A DNA stretch of 63,769 nucleotides, the filler included, from Octopus bimaculoides (taxonomy: Eukaryota), in assembly GCF_001194135.2 (NCBI RefSeq). It is 8 parts of 7 records of this genome, joined end to end, with 100 filler letters (N's around TTAATTAATTAA, not from the genome) between each part and the next. Parts side by side here need not be neighbours in the genome. Positions count along the whole stretch, not along the records: positions 35,555 to 39,318 come from NC_068981.1; positions 39,419 to 50,120 come from NC_068986.1; 6 more parts are not named here. One strand, written 5' to 3'. The position numbers and the translations under genes were made by a program. Shown here piece after piece: positions 37,013-49,732 of this stretch (its first letter is position 1; each line of letters starts with the position of its first letter). A model generated the notes under the pieces. The model saw nothing but the letters and a program-made list of their open reading frames with translations. It made no database searches and was not told the origin of the DNA.

Positions 37013-38349
37013 ACATACATACATACAAGCAAACAAAAATACCCTGTTGTTGATGTTGAAACTGCAATAGAGCCTTGGATCTAGGTTAGAAACCGGTTCT
37101 TTCTCTATTGGCAAGAAATCTTGAAATAAAACTGATCAATGACATACATACATAAATACATTCATACATACAGACAGACAGACAGACAAACATGGATACA
37201 CTTAGAATAGTTTCCGTGTAAGGCCCAGTATGAAGCCTCTCTCTATTCATGGTTAGCATGGATGAGAATTCTAAGCCTGTTGCTAAGTTACCGATCCATC
37301 CAACCAACCATTGTTAAGTACAAAGTGAGAACTTGTCCTGCATTTATTGGTGTGTGACATTGCTTTCATGGACTTTGCGGCTGTTATTTATTGAGGTCAG
37401 TGAAGCAGAGTATTTGATTCTGAGCAGGGAGTTGACATTTATGACAGCTATATAAATAGTGCATAGAAAAATGTGTGTGTATACATGCATGCATACACAC
37501 ACATACACATATACGCACATATTTACATATATACATAGATGCGCGCACACACAAACATGTGTTTATTTTGCTGTCTAAATACATTTAAGTGCTCAATACA
37601 ACTTTGTAATGGAAATGTAGAGAATACGATACACGTCGTTTATTAATGCATGAGATAAAGACGAATGTGTGTGTGTGTGTAGATGAGTCGTATAAGATAT
37701 GAATTCAGAGTGTCATGCGGCAATCACAGTAAGCTCCTCCTACAGACTCGGCTATCAGTCCAAATAGTAATCAGTACCAAACTAGTGTAATATATAATGT
37801 CCATGTCACTGAAAGTGCAGAAAATCCTGGCGATAAAATTATTCTGAGGAGTATATAAAGTTAGGAGGTTTGAGAGATAAATAAAGATTTCTTTAACCGC
37901 CTGACTTCCATGAAGTTACGGCTGTTTCGTAAACTCCTTCATACAATATTAATTTCAGTGTACAAGAAATTATACGAACATGTTTGCTTTAGTATGTGTA
38001 TTCAGCAATGTACAACAATATATTCACAAAATGATGCAAATAAAGAAGGCTACAAAAACTGAGTTCAGGTCTTGATTGAACCTCAGTGTTCTGGTGATCT
38101 GATGCGTTAGCTTTCTTTATTTTGCGAATAGATAATTGTATTTGCATAATGCTCAGCACATATATTAATGCAAGCATAAATTCTTCCATATTGAAATTAC
38201 TACTACACGAGAAAGGTTGCGAAACGGCCGTAATCCTATGGAAACCACGTGGTTAAATTAATATGTATTCATGTCTCATATTTCCTGATTATATGATTAG
38301 ATAGATAGATAGATAGATACATGCATGCATACATACATACATACATACA

Positions 38350-38383
<34 letters not shown>

Positions 38384-38411
38384 CATACATACATACATAC
38401 ATACATACACA

Positions 38412-38600
38412 CTGCCTAAATACCAATTTGAGAAATTAGGCTTCTCAAAACCAGAAACGGAAACACTAATTCGAAGACTACAGTTCCAATCCATCACTGG
38501 AACTGTAAAAATCTGTAAAACTTTCCAAAAGTTTATCATTTAAATATATACGAGCCTGTCTGGATATGCAGCTATATAAAACAAAGCATACAATTCTGCA
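38412..38600 (+). mobile_element. 3' terminal fragment of a non-LTR retrotransposon (clade uncertain)
   Basis: LPKYQFEKLGFSKPETETLIRRLQFQSITGTVKICKTFQKFII-stop begins immediately after a (TACA)n array; reads like the C-terminus of a restriction-like-endonuclease LINE ORF. Confidence 0.55.
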
Positions 38601-38786
38601 CGTGAATCAATACTGTATAGGGGCTGGTTCAGTTTCTCTGACACTCCCTCCTCTCGAATTAAACAGATGTGTTTCGCCATGAAACGAGATGACCTTCACA
38701 AAATCTTAAAATACACGTTACAATGCACATCGTACGTTATAACATGAATACGTGTAGTTATATATGCGTATATGAACGTGTGTATG

Positions 38787-38851
<65 letters not shown>

Positions 38852-38960
38852 TTATATATGGATATTCGGATATATCTGTATGCATATGTGTATATATTCA
38901 TATATACATAAATGTAAACAACGTATATATGTATATATAGACGTGTGTATATATATATAT

Positions 38961-39318
38961 GATTTCCCAGCTGTCCTCTTAAAGTCGTGTAAACAAGAAC
39001 TAGCAGGACCACTCCGGATACTCTTACAGAGTTTCCTTGCAAATGGTAAACTTCCCAAAAAGCTGAAGGAAGGCACCATATGCCCTATCCATAAAGGTGG
39101 AAGCAGAGCAGAGGTTGGGAACTACAGGCCTGACTTCACATATTAGCAAAGTCATGGAACGAATTGTCAGAAGGAGATTGATTGCGTTCCTAGAAGAAAA
39201 TGACTTGCTGAATGAGACCCAGCATGGTTTCCGTCCAGGTAGAAGCTGCCTCACGCAGCTCTTGCAGCATTATGACTGGGTCCTGAAGCAGCTACTTGAC
39301 CATTCAAATGTTGATGTG
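38961..39318 (+). mobile_element. CR1/L2-group LINE RT fragment
   Basis: PAVLLKSC...PIHKGGSRAEVGNYRP, then after a small deletion TSHISKVMERIV...QHGFRPGRSCLTQLL; ends at a scaffold join. Confidence 0.9.
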
Positions 39319-39418
39319 NNNNNNNNNNNNNNNNNNNNNNNNNNNNNNNNNNNNNNNNNNNNTTAATTAATTAANNNNNNNNNNNNNNNNNNNNNNNNNN
39401 NNNNNNNNNNNNNNNNNN

Positions 39419-41390
39419 TGCTGGGGGAGAGATCAGATGCACGGTTCACGGACGTGCTCTGTGGATAGTGGTGAGGGTATATCCACGTAGGATGAAGTGG
39501 CGAGCCACGAGTTGAGACTGAGTCTCAAAGTCATGGTCGTCACTGCAGAGCCTGCGTAGACGGAGGAATTGGGAATAGGGGATAGAAAGCTTGGTGTGTT
39601 TAGGGTGGGAGGAGGAGAAGTTGAGGTATGAGTGTTAGGCTGTGTGTTTGTAGTGGATGGAGGTGGTGAGAATGGAGTGATGAATGCTGACCAAAATGTC
39701 AAGAAAGAAGACATAGGTGTCAGAGATAGTGCAGGTGAAGTGGAGGGCAGGATGGAAAGATTTGACAAAAGAGAGGAAGGAATCTATATGATCGCGGGAG
39801 AGTGAGGTAGCACCGATACAGTCGTCAATATAACGGCCGCATAGTTCGGGAGTGGGACTAGTGAAACTTGAGAATATTTGGGCCTCAACGTAGCCAACGA
39901 ACAGGTTCGCATAGTTGGGGCCCATTCTCGTTCCCATGGCCACTCCCGAAAGGTGCTGGTAAAAATCACCAGCGAACGAAAAGCAGTTCAGTGAGAGGAC
40001 AATTTCGGCTAGATGAACGAGTGTCTGGATGTGTCGGGTTGGGGGTTGGGTCGAAGTTCAAGGAAATGTTGGAGTGCATGCAAACCCTCGTGGTGAGGGA
40101 TCACTGTGTAAAGGCTCTGCATGTCGAGAGTGAAGAAAATTTTAGAGGGGTCAGAAGGAAAGNNNNNNNNNNNNNNNNNNNNNNNNNNNNNNNNNNNNNN
40201 NNNNNNNNNNNNNNNNNNNNNNNNNNNNNNNNNNNNNNNNNNNNNNNNNNNNNNNNNNNNNNNNNNNNNNNNNNNNNNNNNNNNNNNNNNNNNNNNNNNN
40301 NNNNNNNNNNNNNNNNNNNNNNNNNNNNNNNNNNNNNNNNNNNNNNNNNNNNNNNNNNNNNNNNNNNNNNNNNNNNNNNNNNNNNNNNNNNNNNNNNNNN
40401 NNNNNNNNNNNNNNNNNNNNNNNNNNNNNNNNNNNNNNNNNNNNNNNNNNNNNNNNNNNNNNNNNNNNNNNNNNNNNNNNNNNNNNNNNNNNNNNNNNNN
40501 NNNNNNNNNNNNNNNNNNNNNNNNNNNNNNNNNNNNNNNNNNNNNNNNNNNNNNNNNNNNNNNNNNNNNNNNNNNNNNNNNNNNNNNNNNNNNNNNNNNN
40601 NNNNNNNNNNNNNNNNNNNNNNNNNNNNNNNNNNNNNNNNNNNNNNNNNNNNNNNNNNNNNNNNNNNNNNNNNNNNNNNNNNNNNNNNNNNNNNNNNNNN
40701 NNNNNNNNNNNGGAGGGACGGGGTGTTTGGTGAGGGTGAGGGGAGCATATCAGGGAACGAGAAGGATAGTAGAGGAGTTGGGGTAGTGGTATCGGGTATG
40801 ACGGAATGGAGGAGTGAGTGGACAATGAGGTTGGAGGCAGTAGGGGAGACGGGATAAGGAGATGAGGTCATGGATAGTGGAGGACGCAGTCTGTTGGTAC
40901 CTGGGCGTCTTGAAGTTGGCAGAGAGCTTCCGCTTTGTAGAGGACCGCGCGTCACACCACCACGGCTTCACCCTTGTCGGTTGGGTTTATGACGAGGTCA
41001 GTGCGGCGTCGGAGACATCGAAGGGCCGAGAGTTCGACCAGGGAGATATTCAGATGTCGGGGACGTTTGGTAAAGTTAAACCGGTCGACAGCGCGTTGGC
41101 AGGCGCCCACAAAAATATCGACTGGCTGGATGCAGGTGGAGTGTCGCGGAAAAGAGCACACAACCTAACACGGCGCACAAATCTGTGGATGTCGGCACGA
41201 GTCCGAAATTCGTTGCTGGATGGAGTGAGGGGGTGAAGCGCAGACTCCTACTGAGGAGGAAGAGTTCCACCTCAGAGAGGAGAAGATCTGGAGGAATGGT
41301 AACAACAGACTGAAGTGGAGAAGGGGTGGATGGGATAGAAGTAGGAGGGTGGTAGGGACGGTGGAAGGCTGGGAGGGAGGAGATGCGGTA
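39419..41390 (-). mobile_element. Penelope-like retroelement (PLE), degraded RT ORF
   Basis: LVINPTDKGEAVVV, TLDMQSLYTVIPH, GVAMGTRMGPNYANLFVGYVE, GRYIDD, FLDI, and thumb HSYLNFSSSHPKHTKLSIPYSQFLRLRRLCS; stops, frameshifts and an internal N gap. Confidence 0.92.
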
Positions 41391-42201
41391 TGNNNNNNNN
41401 NNNNNNNNNNNNNNNNNNNNNNNNNNNNNNNNNNNNNNNNNNNNNNNNNNNNNNNNNNNNNNNNNNNNNNNNNNNNNNNNNNNNNNNNNNNNNNNNNNNN
41501 NNNNNNNNNNNNNNNNNNNNNNNNNNNNNNNNNNNNNNNNNNNNNNNNNNNNNNNNNNNNNNNNNNNNNNNNNNNNNNNNNNNNNNNNNNNNNNNNNNNN
41601 NNNNNNNNNNNNNNNNNNNNNNNNNNNNNNNNNNNNNNNNNNNNNNNNNNNNNNNNNNNNNNNNNNNNNNNNNNNNNNNNNNNNNNNNNNNNNNNNNNNN
41701 NNNNNNNNNNNNNNNNNNNNNNNNNNNNNNNNNNNNNNNNNNNNNNNNNNNNNNNNNNNNNNNNNNNNNNNNNNNNNNNNNNNNNNNNNNNNNNNNNNNN
41801 NNNNNNNNNNNNNNNNNNNNNNNNNNNNNNNNNNNNNNNNNNNNNNNNNNNNNNNNNNNNNNNNNNNNNNNNNNNNNNNNNNNNNNNNNNNNNNNNNNNN
41901 NNNNNNNNNNNNNNNNNNNNNNNNNNNNNNNNNNNNNNNNNNNNNNNNNNNNNNNNNNNNNNNNNNNNNNNNNNNNNNNNNNNNNNNNNNNNNNNNNNNN
42001 NNNNNNNNNNNNNNNNNNNNNNNNNNNNNNNNNNNNNNNNNNNNNNNNNNNNNNNNNNNNNNNNNNNNNNNNNNNNNNNNNNNNNNNNNNNNNNNNNNNN
42101 NNNNNNNNNNNNNNNNNNNNNNNNNNNNNNNNNNNNNNNNNNNNNNNNNNNNNNNNNNNNNNNNNNNNNNNNNNNNNNNNNNNNNNNNNNNNNNNNNNNN
42201 N

Positions 42202-42240
<39 letters not shown>

Positions 42241-42329
42241 TAGGTGTGATGGGTAAATTGTCGCCACTTTATATTCTTAAGTTCCTGCTTTGTTTGTTTT
42301 AGATTTTGTCGATTATACAATATAGTAGG

Positions 42330-43340
42330 GTCAGTTGGGCATCGTCTGTGAGAAAAACAGCAGTATGACGCAATTTATTCTGCTAGAAATTTGGAAATAA
42401 TATGCTGTATTGCTTGGCATTCGCGCCGGAATCTCCAATACGAACATTTCAGAGCTTTTAGGCATCAATCTTGGGACAGTGGATAGGATTTGGAAAGAGA
42501 TGGGCCAGTCTAATGGTGATTACGAAAGTACGGCAGTTTGGAAAACTCACTCTGATCGTTCAGAAGAAAAGAACTGAATTTGTTGGTGAGATCCAGGCCA
42601 TGATTGACAACAAAACCTCCAAGTAAATCAGGTTCATGTGAGTGTTTCAGTTTTGTATCAGGCAGGTAGTGCATGAAGACATTCGCTATTCCTCATACAA
42701 GATGAAAAAGGTCAGTTTTTATCCTAAGCCCTCTAGGAGAAGAAGAAAAGCCGTGCTACGAAGCTTTTGAACAAACTCAAGCATCCCGTTCAACCGAACA
42801 TGCTTCGGTTTTTCTCAGACGAGAAAAATTTCTGCCAAGATCAGATTGTAAGCGCTCGGAACAATCGTTGGCTTGCCGTGTTCCCAAAACATCAAACATC
42901 AAAATCAAACATCCACTCAACATCATAGTGTTTGGAGTGATCACTAGTGATGGCGACGTTATGCCTCCATTCATCTTCCCAACACAGAGGCTTACATCAA
43001 GTGCCTGGAAGAGGTAGTTCTGCCCTGGGTCAAGAGGGTGGCTGCTGGACGATCCTATTTCTGGTAACAGGACCCTACACCATGCCACACAAGCAGAAGA
43101 ACCCAGTCATGGCTACCAGACAATTTTCTACGACCACATCACCCTAACATCTGGCCACCTTACTCCCCAGACTGCAACCCCTTTGATTGTTATGTGTAGA
43201 ACAAAGTTGAGCGAGAGACCTACAAAATTCCTTGTAACATCAAAGATGAGTTGAAGACAAGAGGTCGTGGAAACCATATTAATAGCAAAATCCAAACTTA
43301 ACACGGATATAGTGCAACTTAGCAACAAATTCTGACCAGT
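42330..43340 (+). mobile_element. Degraded Tc1/mariner transposon, maT/DD37D-like
   Basis: Fragments FFSDEKNF, NNRW, IIVFGVITSDGDVMPPFIFP, YIKCLEEVVLPWVK, QDPTPCHTS and DCYV in shifting frames. Confidence 0.85.
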
Positions 43341-43980
43341 CAGTATGGGTGAACTATTCTCTGATGGTTGAAAGGTATTTGACGTTGATAGACAAAGATA
43401 ATTCAAATTCAGCGACGATGAATCAGAAACAGACACAACATCATCGATGTTGTGCCTTTTGGTCTGCAATGAAAATAGTAATAGTAAAACGACACTAACA
43501 ACCGCTTCTTGCAGAAGATAAAACGAGAAGTTTTCAGAAGCATGAATGAACTTTATTGTTCCAAACAAAATATAAAAGACTAATAAGGAACAATGCAAAA
43601 ATCCTTAAGAAAATAAACAGAACTACTGCACAGTTCTGCTTTTAATACAAAAAAAGAAAAAAAATAGAATGGAAAGACATTCNNNNNNNNNNNNNNNNNN
43701 NNNNNNNNNNNNNNNNNNNNNNNNNNNNNNNNNNNNNNNNNNNNNNNNNNNNNNNNNNNNNNNNNNNNNNNNNNNNNNNNNNNNNNNNNNNNNNNNNNNN
43801 NNNNNNNNNNNNNNNNACACACACACATACACACACACACAAACACACACACACATATGTATGTATGTATGTATGAATGTATGTATGTATGTATGTATAT
43901 ATGTATGTATGTATGTATGTATGTGTGTATAACCTCGTGTATATCGTTGGCGATTTTTTCTTCCTCTGGACTTTCCAATA

Positions 43981-44014
43981 TTTCAGACGAAGAGCTTTGC
44001 TCGAAACGTCGAAT
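43981..44014 (+). ncRNA. Degenerate minimal hammerhead-like motif (Penelope-type)
   Basis: CAGACGA-A-GAGC-UUU-GCUC-GAAACGUC; stem II and GAAACGUC intact, but the core reads CAGACGA instead of CUGACGA and stem I is short. Confidence 0.45.
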
Positions 44015-44655
44015 TCTCTTTATTTCCTTTCCTGAGCGTCCAGTAACACAATATCTGTATCACGTCCTCGTGTTGTTGTTTTTAGCTGGTTTTTTGCCGT
44101 TTTCCTTGTTTGAACTCACTATATATATNNNNNNNNNNNNNNNNNNNNNNNNNNNNNNNNNNNNNNNNNNNNNNNNNNNNNNNNNNNNNNNNNNNNNNNN
44201 NNNNNNNNNNNNNNNNNNNNNNNNNNNNNNNNNNNNNNNNNNNNNNNNNNNNNNNNNNNNNNNNNNNNNNNNNNNNNNNNNNNNNNNNNNNNNNNNNNNN
44301 NNNNNNNNNNNNNNNNNNNNNNNNNNNNNNNNNNNNNNNNNNNNNNNNNNNNNNNNNNNNNNNNNNNNNNNNNNNNNNNNNNNNNNNNNNNNNNNNNNNN
44401 NNNNNNNNNNNNNNNNNNNNNNNNNNNNNNNNNNNNNNNNNNNNNNNNNNNNNNNNNNNNNNNNNNNNNNNGTGTGTGTGTGTGTGTGTGTGTGTGGTTT
44501 GCATGCAATGTATTTTGTCATTAAAACCACTCTCTTCTGAAGCATTATTATGAGACAATCCATCCATCCATCCAGCCAGTGCTGAAAACGTACATACATA
44601 CATACATACATACATGCACGCACGCACAGACACGTACGCGCACGCACAGACACGT

Positions 44656-44706
<51 letters not shown>

Positions 44707-45690
44707 TATACGATATAGCGACATGCAGTGACAGCTTACCTGCATGCTCTGGAAACCCAAATTAACAGATTAGATGGTTGATACCCTCTAATCTATACAC
44801 ACAAACAGACATATCAAGCACAAACGTATTTCAAGTACACATTACGTATCTGCTTTTCACTTTCGATAGGATGATCATTTCCAGATAAATCTTCCAAGAC
44901 CTTTATTTATAATCAACAACAACCACAAAAAAATAAAAGCAATAAAAATGAACGACAGTTTCGCAACATTCAAAATTAACGTTCCTATATAGACGTATAG
45001 TCTCTAATTTAAGCTGAGAAGCTTTCAAAAAATATATCACAAGATCATACCTAAGCGTAGCAAAGAAGTATGTCGCGGGAATAGTTTACGTATTATTGTC
45101 GACTTCCTTTTATTTAAATTTATAACTTATTTTTATTAGGCGGCAAATGCGATAAAGACGCCCCATTCCTTTTTGTACATTGCGAATTCTAACTTTGAAC
45201 TTATTTGTTACTTCGTAATAGTATTATGCGTCCGTTCTTCTCTTTTGCACATTAGTAGAATCGTTTTACGTTACCTGGGCAACAACAAAAAAGTTCTTAT
45301 GAATAAATAAACTTTGCTATCATCTATTAAGTATTCTTTCATGAATTTGTGGCCCCAGTGTCACACACAGGCTTGCCTGCGTGGTAAAAAGCCACATGGT
45401 TTCAGGGTTCAGTCCCACCACGTGACAGCTTGAGTAAATGTCTTCTATTATAGCATGGGGCCGACCAAAGCCTTGCGAGTGGATTTGGTAGACGGAAACT
45501 GAAAGAAGCTTGTCGTATACATACATACATACATACATATCTACGTGTGTGCCTTTGTGTCTATGTTTGTAATGTTTGTTGCACCCCATCATATATATAT
45601 ATATAATTTGCAGCCAGCAATTTCATGAGTAGATCTCTTGTGTTTTACCTTTGTATCTGTGTGGTTCTGACTGCTTGTTTGTTTGTGTGA

Positions 45691-45723
<33 letters not shown>

Positions 45724-45813
45724 GGAGTAAGCACATGAAATGTGCAACAAGGTGGAGAAAAGAGTACTCAAATACCAGAGGTAGAGTAATATGCTTTATT
45801 TAAAAGCAGCAGA

Positions 45814-45935
45814 AATATAACAAAAAAAAACCGTTACTCTGAGTTTCACGTTCCCGTTCATCGGACATCCATTTCTAACAAAACTGTCCGATGAACAGGA
45901 ACGTGAAACTCAGAGTAACGGTTTTTTGTTATATT
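45814..45935. ncRNA. Inverted pair of hammerhead-like motifs (about 52-bp arms, 17-nt spacer)
   Basis: Plus copy: AAACUGU-CCGAUGA-ACA/GGAA/CGU-GAAAC-UCAGA-GUA-ACGGUUU (45881-45924) with a 7-bp stem I. The minus copy has a perfect stem II (ACG/GGAA/CGU) but a truncated stem I. Confidence 0.6.
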
Positions 45936-45976
45936 NNNNNNNNNNNNNNNNNNNNNNNNNNNNNNNNNNNNNNNNN

Positions 45977-46009
<33 letters not shown>

Positions 46010-46393
46010 CATACATACATACACATACATACACGCAGTCAATTTGAGGATATAAACCTCTTATAGGGATGGTTCCATCCAAGTTACACTGGTTTAATAT
46101 ATTATACTGTGAAGCGATATCTCTTCAATAAATATGTTATAAATATCAAATATTATTAAGCAAGTAACTAAACTTACTTTCATTTACTTAGTCTGTTAGA
46201 ATGTTTCAGCCAGTCAACATTTAACTTCTGTAATGACCTTTGACCCTGATGATGTTCCACTCAAAATCTGCAAAATGCAAACATATTTTATTATATATGT
46301 TTTGTAATCTGTATTGAGTGTGAATTGAAACAATTGTAGGCAATGTTAATTAATTAATTAATTTTATCTATTAAATCTCCCCATTTCTCGTTT

Positions 46394-46429
<36 letters not shown>

Positions 46430-48406
46430 ACACACATATACACGTATAGATATATGCGCATGTATGTGTATATATCTGTATATGTATGTATGTGTATATG
46501 TACTTAGATATATGTATTTATACAAAGACGAAAAAGAACATGATATAGTCTTTACTTGTGAAATCACTGTCTTTGTGGGACTAAGGCGTATTTTGTTGAT
46601 ACCGTCCATCTTTCGCTTTGCTGTGATTAAATTAGTATCAGGTGTACACAATAAAAAAGAAAAAAAAAGTGAATAACAGTGTAAAGAAATAGATAGGTAG
46701 ATAAATAGATAGATAGATAAAGAGAGCGAAAGAAAATATTGCAAGTCGTAGGCTAGGAGAAAGCGAGAATACTAATCTGAAAATAGCAACTATTTAAACA
46801 AAATGTAATCAACTATACATCAGTAAGTTTACAATATCAACTTCACATCGACAACCCGCTTCCCATAATATAATTAAACAGAACCCGCTAACTTGTCAAT
46901 ATGTTATTAATAGCTGGTCAGATCATGTTTCAGACAGCGAGTTACCATAACTGATGATACGTTATGCAGTATACTAAAGCTGTATGTAATATAGTTCACA
47001 GGCTGAAACATTTGAATAACAACTTTTTCTGATACATATATTCCTAAAACTTACGCATAAAATAACGATAAATAATAGCATAGATTATTGGAAGGCTTAT
47101 TTGATACGATGTTTCACATACATCAGCCGTGTTGTAACTAACTAGTGATACTGGAGTAGATGTAAATTTTAGAATTAGTCAATCGATTACAGTATTCGCA
47201 GAAATGCGTTGAATATCGACAAAAAGAAGAAAAGAAGAATGATCACCCTCCTCATACAAAACCTTGTCCACTTCATGTTATGGTAGTGAGGTATGGAATA
47301 ACATGACATGAGTTTGCACAGAGTCTAAATATTGCTTCACCAACCATGTTTGCACAGAATAATTTTAATGTTGATCATGTTATTAACAGAGAGTTTGATT
47401 ACAAAGTATGTAAGCTTAAAGTATATTCTGAAAGTTGGTTTATGGAGAAAGAGAAGAAATAAAAAAAAAAACTTGGCAGAAAATATTGTCAAATAATCTT
47501 CATTTATGGTCTTTCTCGTTGGTTAGTGGCTGAACTTATTGCTGTCGGCTGTTGGAGAGGCTTTAAATACACCTTGCAGCTCAAAGTCTTTAGCGAAACA
47601 TAAAAAGTTGAATAATAATTACAGTCGAATGTCACACATAATAGATTTTGGAGGCACAACTTCGAATCAAGAAGTGTCGAAGGACACTTAACAAAGCCTG
47701 AAGTTTTAGTTAACAGAATAGAATACAGAATCCTACTGAGTTGAGATAAAAGGCCGTGCTCGAAATTCAGAAACGTGTTTAGTTGAAATCCTACACAACG
47801 TACCCAAACTATCTGTAGATGCACAATAGATGGTATGCGTTTGCAAGCAGACTATCATAAAATGGACATATAACAGGTGAACAGAAGCGGGAGACATTGA
47901 TAGTTTTTGTTACCCATGTTCCCTATTAAAAGTGGAAGTGGCTGCCTGAAAGCAGAATCATCACAGCAAGGACGAAGTGAAAAAAACATCCAAGCGTTTT
48001 TACCTATGTTGATAACAAATGTATTCTGCATCCAATTTTATGATACTTGTATACAAAGGGCAATAGTGTAGGTAGTAAGCAGTAGATTTAAAATGCGGGA
48101 GATTCGTAAAGGATGAAAATTAATGCAGTGCGCATGCTCCGCCAGACATATATTTCAGTGTTCAGAAACAATGTTGTCCAAAGCAAACGGATTTGAACTT
48201 GGATCAAAGAGAGATGGCAACAAATAATTTAGATATTCAACCCAATTTTCTAGTAACAACCGACTCAGCACGATTTGTATTTTGTTAAAAACCAAATTAC
48301 AAATATGAAATGCGAAAAAATCATGTAACAGGAAATTAGTTTAATTCTCTTGTACGAGAATCGCGTGATTTGTCAACTGCTCTTTCCATTTCATTTTCTA
48401 GCTATA

Positions 48407-48446
<40 letters not shown>

Positions 48447-49022
48447 AACGTGTGTGTGTGTATGTGTATGTATGTGTGTGTATACACACACATATATAAA
48501 TACACACGTATATCTATATGTACGTATGTAATCTATCTGTCTATATGTGAGTATATGTGTGTCTGTGTGTGAGTATGCGTGTGGTGCGTGTGTTTGTGTG
48601 TGTGTATGTTTGTGCGTGTGTGTGTGTATACGTATTTATGTACCTACCTATATATCTACCTATATATCTACCTATATAACACTACTGATCTAGTATTCTT
48701 TTACACTTTTTCTGTTGTTCCTCAAATACATTTGTGTTCTTTAATTTTTCCACCCACCCCACTTCTCCCTCCTCTTCCTCCTCCTTCTTCTCTCGCTGTG
48801 TTTATATATTTCTTTCTAATTGTCTTCTCTCATTGTCAATTGTCATCCATTCTTTCTCTTCTTATTACACACTTCCAGCCATACCATATATTTTTATTAC
48901 TGCTTCCTTTCATGCATTTCTTTCCTGTCACGCCCCGAGTACAGTGACTTTTTAATACTACAATCTCGCAAATACGCACATCCGAATGTACTTGCTTGTC
49001 GATCTACACACACACACGCGCG

Positions 49023-49054
<32 letters not shown>

Positions 49055-49225
49055 TACACGCACACACAGATGTACGCATAAATTTTGTAAACAGTTCTGT
49101 GATTGTGAGTAAAATACAGGCGATCAATATGTACAGATATGTCAAGATATATACATGTGTGTGTGTGTATGTATGTATGTATGTATGTATGTATGTATGT
49201 ATGTATGTATGTATGTATCTATCTA

Positions 49226-49300
<75 letters not shown>

Positions 49301-49732
49301 TGCCTGCCTGTACTTAATTCCGTACTATAATTTTACATTTCTATACAAGCACTTGAATACAACGATCGTTGCTCCTGGAGCAAAAATCAAGATGTCATCG
49401 TAACACACGACGTATGACGTCACCAGTGATTTGTCACTCAACCTGAAAAGAGATAATAAGAATTTTAAACTGCATTTGTAAGTCGTTAGTAGCCTTCTTA
49501 TTTCGTTCATTATTAGTTTTGATTTCTTTATGATATATTATATATCTCAATGGAACATAAATAAGAACGCCTTGTGCCGACCTCTGGCCACCATTTTGTT
49601 TAATCACTTCAATAACTACAACAAAATTTCGATGAAGATCGTTATGTCCAAATTACTGAATATTAGCGCGGAACTGTGACACAGAGGCAGTCACATGCAA
49701 TACATATTGAATTCTAGTATATGTATATATTA

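Noticed and set aside
39440-39460. In-frame TGA in the Penelope-like ORF as possible selenocysteine (as reported for some Naiad PLEs)
   Set aside because: The copy also has TAA stops and frameshifts; CGA-to-TGA decay is the simpler explanation.
46346-46362. TTAATTAATTAATTAA in real sequence
   Set aside because: No flanking N; ordinary AT-rich low-complexity sequence, unrelated to the synthetic linkers.
47624-47832. Plus-strand AG/GT-bounded frame with two in-frame TGA
   Set aside because: Weak acceptor, no recognisable protein, and two TGAs in 70 codons is unremarkable.
49370-49400. Peptide CYDDILIF resembling an RT YxDD motif
   Set aside because: Isolated; no other RT motifs nearby and the spacing does not match YxDD.
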